Part shown: piece after piece, positions 17,601 to 18,411 of the stretch
Numbering within the stretch: the stretch's first letter is position 1
How the letters are laid out: each line of letters begins with the position of its first letter
DNA from: Myxococcota bacterium
GTDB taxonomy: Bacteria > Myxococcota_A > UBA796 > CAJQPC01
Assembly: GCA_036012755.1 (NCBI GenBank)
Contig: DASCPX010000133.1
Coordinates: 1-18,411 of the forward strand
Direction: 5' to 3'
DNA: 18,411 nucleotides
The notes under the pieces: generated by a model
Databases searched by the model: none
Told to the model about the DNA's origin: nothing
What the model saw: only the letters and a program-made list of their open reading frames with translations
Translations under genes and position numbers: made by a program

Positions 17601-18411
17601 ACGCGATGACCCGCTCCCACACCGTCTTCCTCGAGTCGATGGAGCGCAGCTTCGGCCAGCTCACCTCGATGGTGACCGGGGCCCCCGCCCCCCAGCCGCC
17701 AGCTCGCGTCGCGCAGCCCGCGGCGGTCGCCGCACCAGCACCCGTCGCCGCACCCGCGTCGGTCCCGGTGCCGTTGGCAGCCGCTCCGATCCCGACTTCG
17801 ACCCCCGCCGTCGCCGCTCCGGCTGTTGACCTCGACGCGCTCATGAGCGCGCCCCAGCCGGTGGCCCCTGTGGCCTCTGTGGCCCCTGTGGCGCCTCCGG
17901 CCTCCCTCGACCTCCACGCGCTCCTGCTCAGCGTGGTCGCTGACAAGACCGGCTACCCGGCCGAGATGCTCTCTGCGGAGATGTCGCTGGAAGGCGACCT
18001 CGGCATCGACAGCATCAAGCGGGTGGAGATCCTCAGCGCGATGCGCGAGGAGGCCCCGGAGCTTCCGGAGGTCGACGCCGGCGCGATGGCCGAGCTGAAG
18101 ACCCTCGGCCAGATCGTCGAGCACATGGCCGCGGCGCTGCCCGGAGCCACCGCGGCACCGGCGCCCGGAGCCACCGCGGCACCGGCGGCCGTCCCGACCC
18201 TCGACCTGCACGCGCTCCTGCTCAGCGTCGTGGCGGACAAGACCGGCTACCCGGCGGAGATGCTCTCTGCGGAGATGTCGCTGGAAGGCGACCTCGGCAT
18301 CGACAGCATCAAGCGGGTGGAGATCCTCAGCGCGATGCGCGACGAGGCCCCGGAGCTTCCGGAGGTCGACGCCGGCGCGATGGCCGAGCTGAAGACCCTC
18401 GGCCAGATCGT
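14597..18411 (+). CDS. pfaA: PfaA/Pfa2 iterative PUFA synthase: KS - malonyl AT - tandem ACPs; truncated at window end
   Basis: ATGA overlap with pfaD stop. MTTRSPIAVVGVSAIFPG, DAACAS (Cys 15212), EAHGTGT, KSQIGHTK, FPGQGSQY, GHSYGE (Ser 16580), TAFHS, and two LGIDSIKRVEIL ACPs (Ser 18011 and 18305), all in one frame. Absent from the ORF track. Confidence 0.93.
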   Translation, partial: MTTRSPIAVVGVSAIFPGSVDATGFWKDILAGTDLIRDVPRSHWLIDDYYDPDPAAPDKTYAKRGAFLEDIPFDPLEWGVPPSIVPATDTSQLLALITAKRVLEDAAGGQFAEMDKSRISVILGVTSAQELLGSMNSRLQKPVWRKVLRDAGLPESKVVELLGRIEGEYTPWQEASFPGLLGNVVAGRIANRLDLGGTNCVCDAACASAFSAVSMAANELWLGQSDVVITGGVDTMNDIFMFMCFSKTPALSPSGDVKPFSDEADGTMLGEGMGMVALKRLEDAERDGDRIYAVITGVGSSSDGRAKSVYAPRPSGQASALERAYDAAGYGADTVELVEAHGTGTKAGDAAEFEGLTMAFDHSGRQDRRWCALGSVKSQIGHTKAAAGSAGLFKSVMALHHKVIPPTIKIDRPNPNMDLQGSPFYLSTRARPWVRGPEHPRRAGVSSFGFGGSNFHLALQEYTGDHKASFRRWGGPEIVVFGADSSEALLAQLRSLDLSGDGWLEWLARDSQQSYSGGQARLAIVASDVEDFRTKLELALSHLQDKPGKPLASPKGIHYGFGEAGKTAFVFPGQGSQYVDMGAQVAMTWPEAVGAWDAAEGAVAGLADIVFPRPDFSATAEDWQTRLTATEWAQPAIGACSLSLLRVLSRLGVSADCVGGHSYGEVTALHAAGVLSAEDMLRVARRRGELMAQAAKTPGSMTAVVADIESVRPVVEDSGLDVVVANHNSPRQVVLSGPTKAIDGIEQALDAAGLPFRRLGVATAFHSSVVSDSVGPFAEALAEVDFATPTLPVYANSEAAPYPSEPAAIRELLAGQIARSVRFVDQVEAMYAAGVRVFVEVGPHAVLTGLVARILKGRPHAAVPLDKKGKDGLVQLQDGLGRLVAAGVEVQLSKLWEGWAEAVDPRSLPAPKMLMHINGANYGKPYPPPEGQMPGPNPELEPEVIVKEVIKEVRVEVPVEVPVQAPVQAPGRAAARPAADGWVQAFQESQRQTVEAHSAFQDAMTRSHTVFLESMERSFGQLTSMVTGAPAPQPPARVAQPAAVAAPAPVAAPASVPVPLAAAPIPTSTPAVAAPAVDLDALMSAPQPVAPVASVAPVAPPASLDLHALLLSVVADKTGYPAEMLSAEMSLEGDLGIDSIKRVEILSAMREEAPELPEVDAGAMAELKTLGQIVEHMAAALPGATAAPAPGATAAPAAVPTLDLHALLLSVVADKTGYPAEMLSAEMSLEGDLGIDSIKRVEILSAMRDEAPELPEVDAGAMAELKTLGQI
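17906..18411 (+). repeat. Near-identical ACP-coding direct repeat, period 294 bp (17906.. vs 18200..)
   Basis: The two copies differ by a few synonymous changes and one E/D. The linker holds a 24-bp duplication (PGATAAPA x2, 18140-18187). Confidence 0.92.

Noticed and set aside
14609..18211. Long minus-strand ORFs (14609..15994, 16091..18211) and similar antisense ORFs elsewhere (519..1679, 3305..4783, 10170..11786)
   Set aside because: Shadows of high-GC coding genes with no recognisable motifs; the plus frame carries clear catalytic motifs.

Overview
High-GC bacterial DNA, probably Myxococcota-like (inferred from the pfa1-pfa2 gene order and lipoprotein style). Left end: two tandem paralogous minus-strand genes for tiny lipoprotein-signal peptides, the complete one carrying (NAD)3(NAC)11-GG, with a likely promoter and terminator. 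Next is a plus-strand run: O-antigen-ligase-family membrane protein, a membrane-anchored hypothetical protein, a TcdA-like ThiF enzyme, a class-V PLP lyase/epimerase and two acidic lipoproteins. A minus-strand folE2 carries a C-terminal XRE-type HTH fusion and has a palindrome just upstream. Divergent from it is a complete, translationally coupled oleABCD olefin operon, followed directly by a PUFA-synthase cluster (pfaD/pfa1, then pfaA/pfa2 KS-AT-ACP-ACP, cut by the window edge and missing from the ORF track). Best novelty candidates: the Asn-Ala-Cys repeat lipopeptide family, the FolE2-HTH fusion with a candidate operator, and the contiguous ole-pfa locus. All assignments come from motif recognition; no database searches were run.
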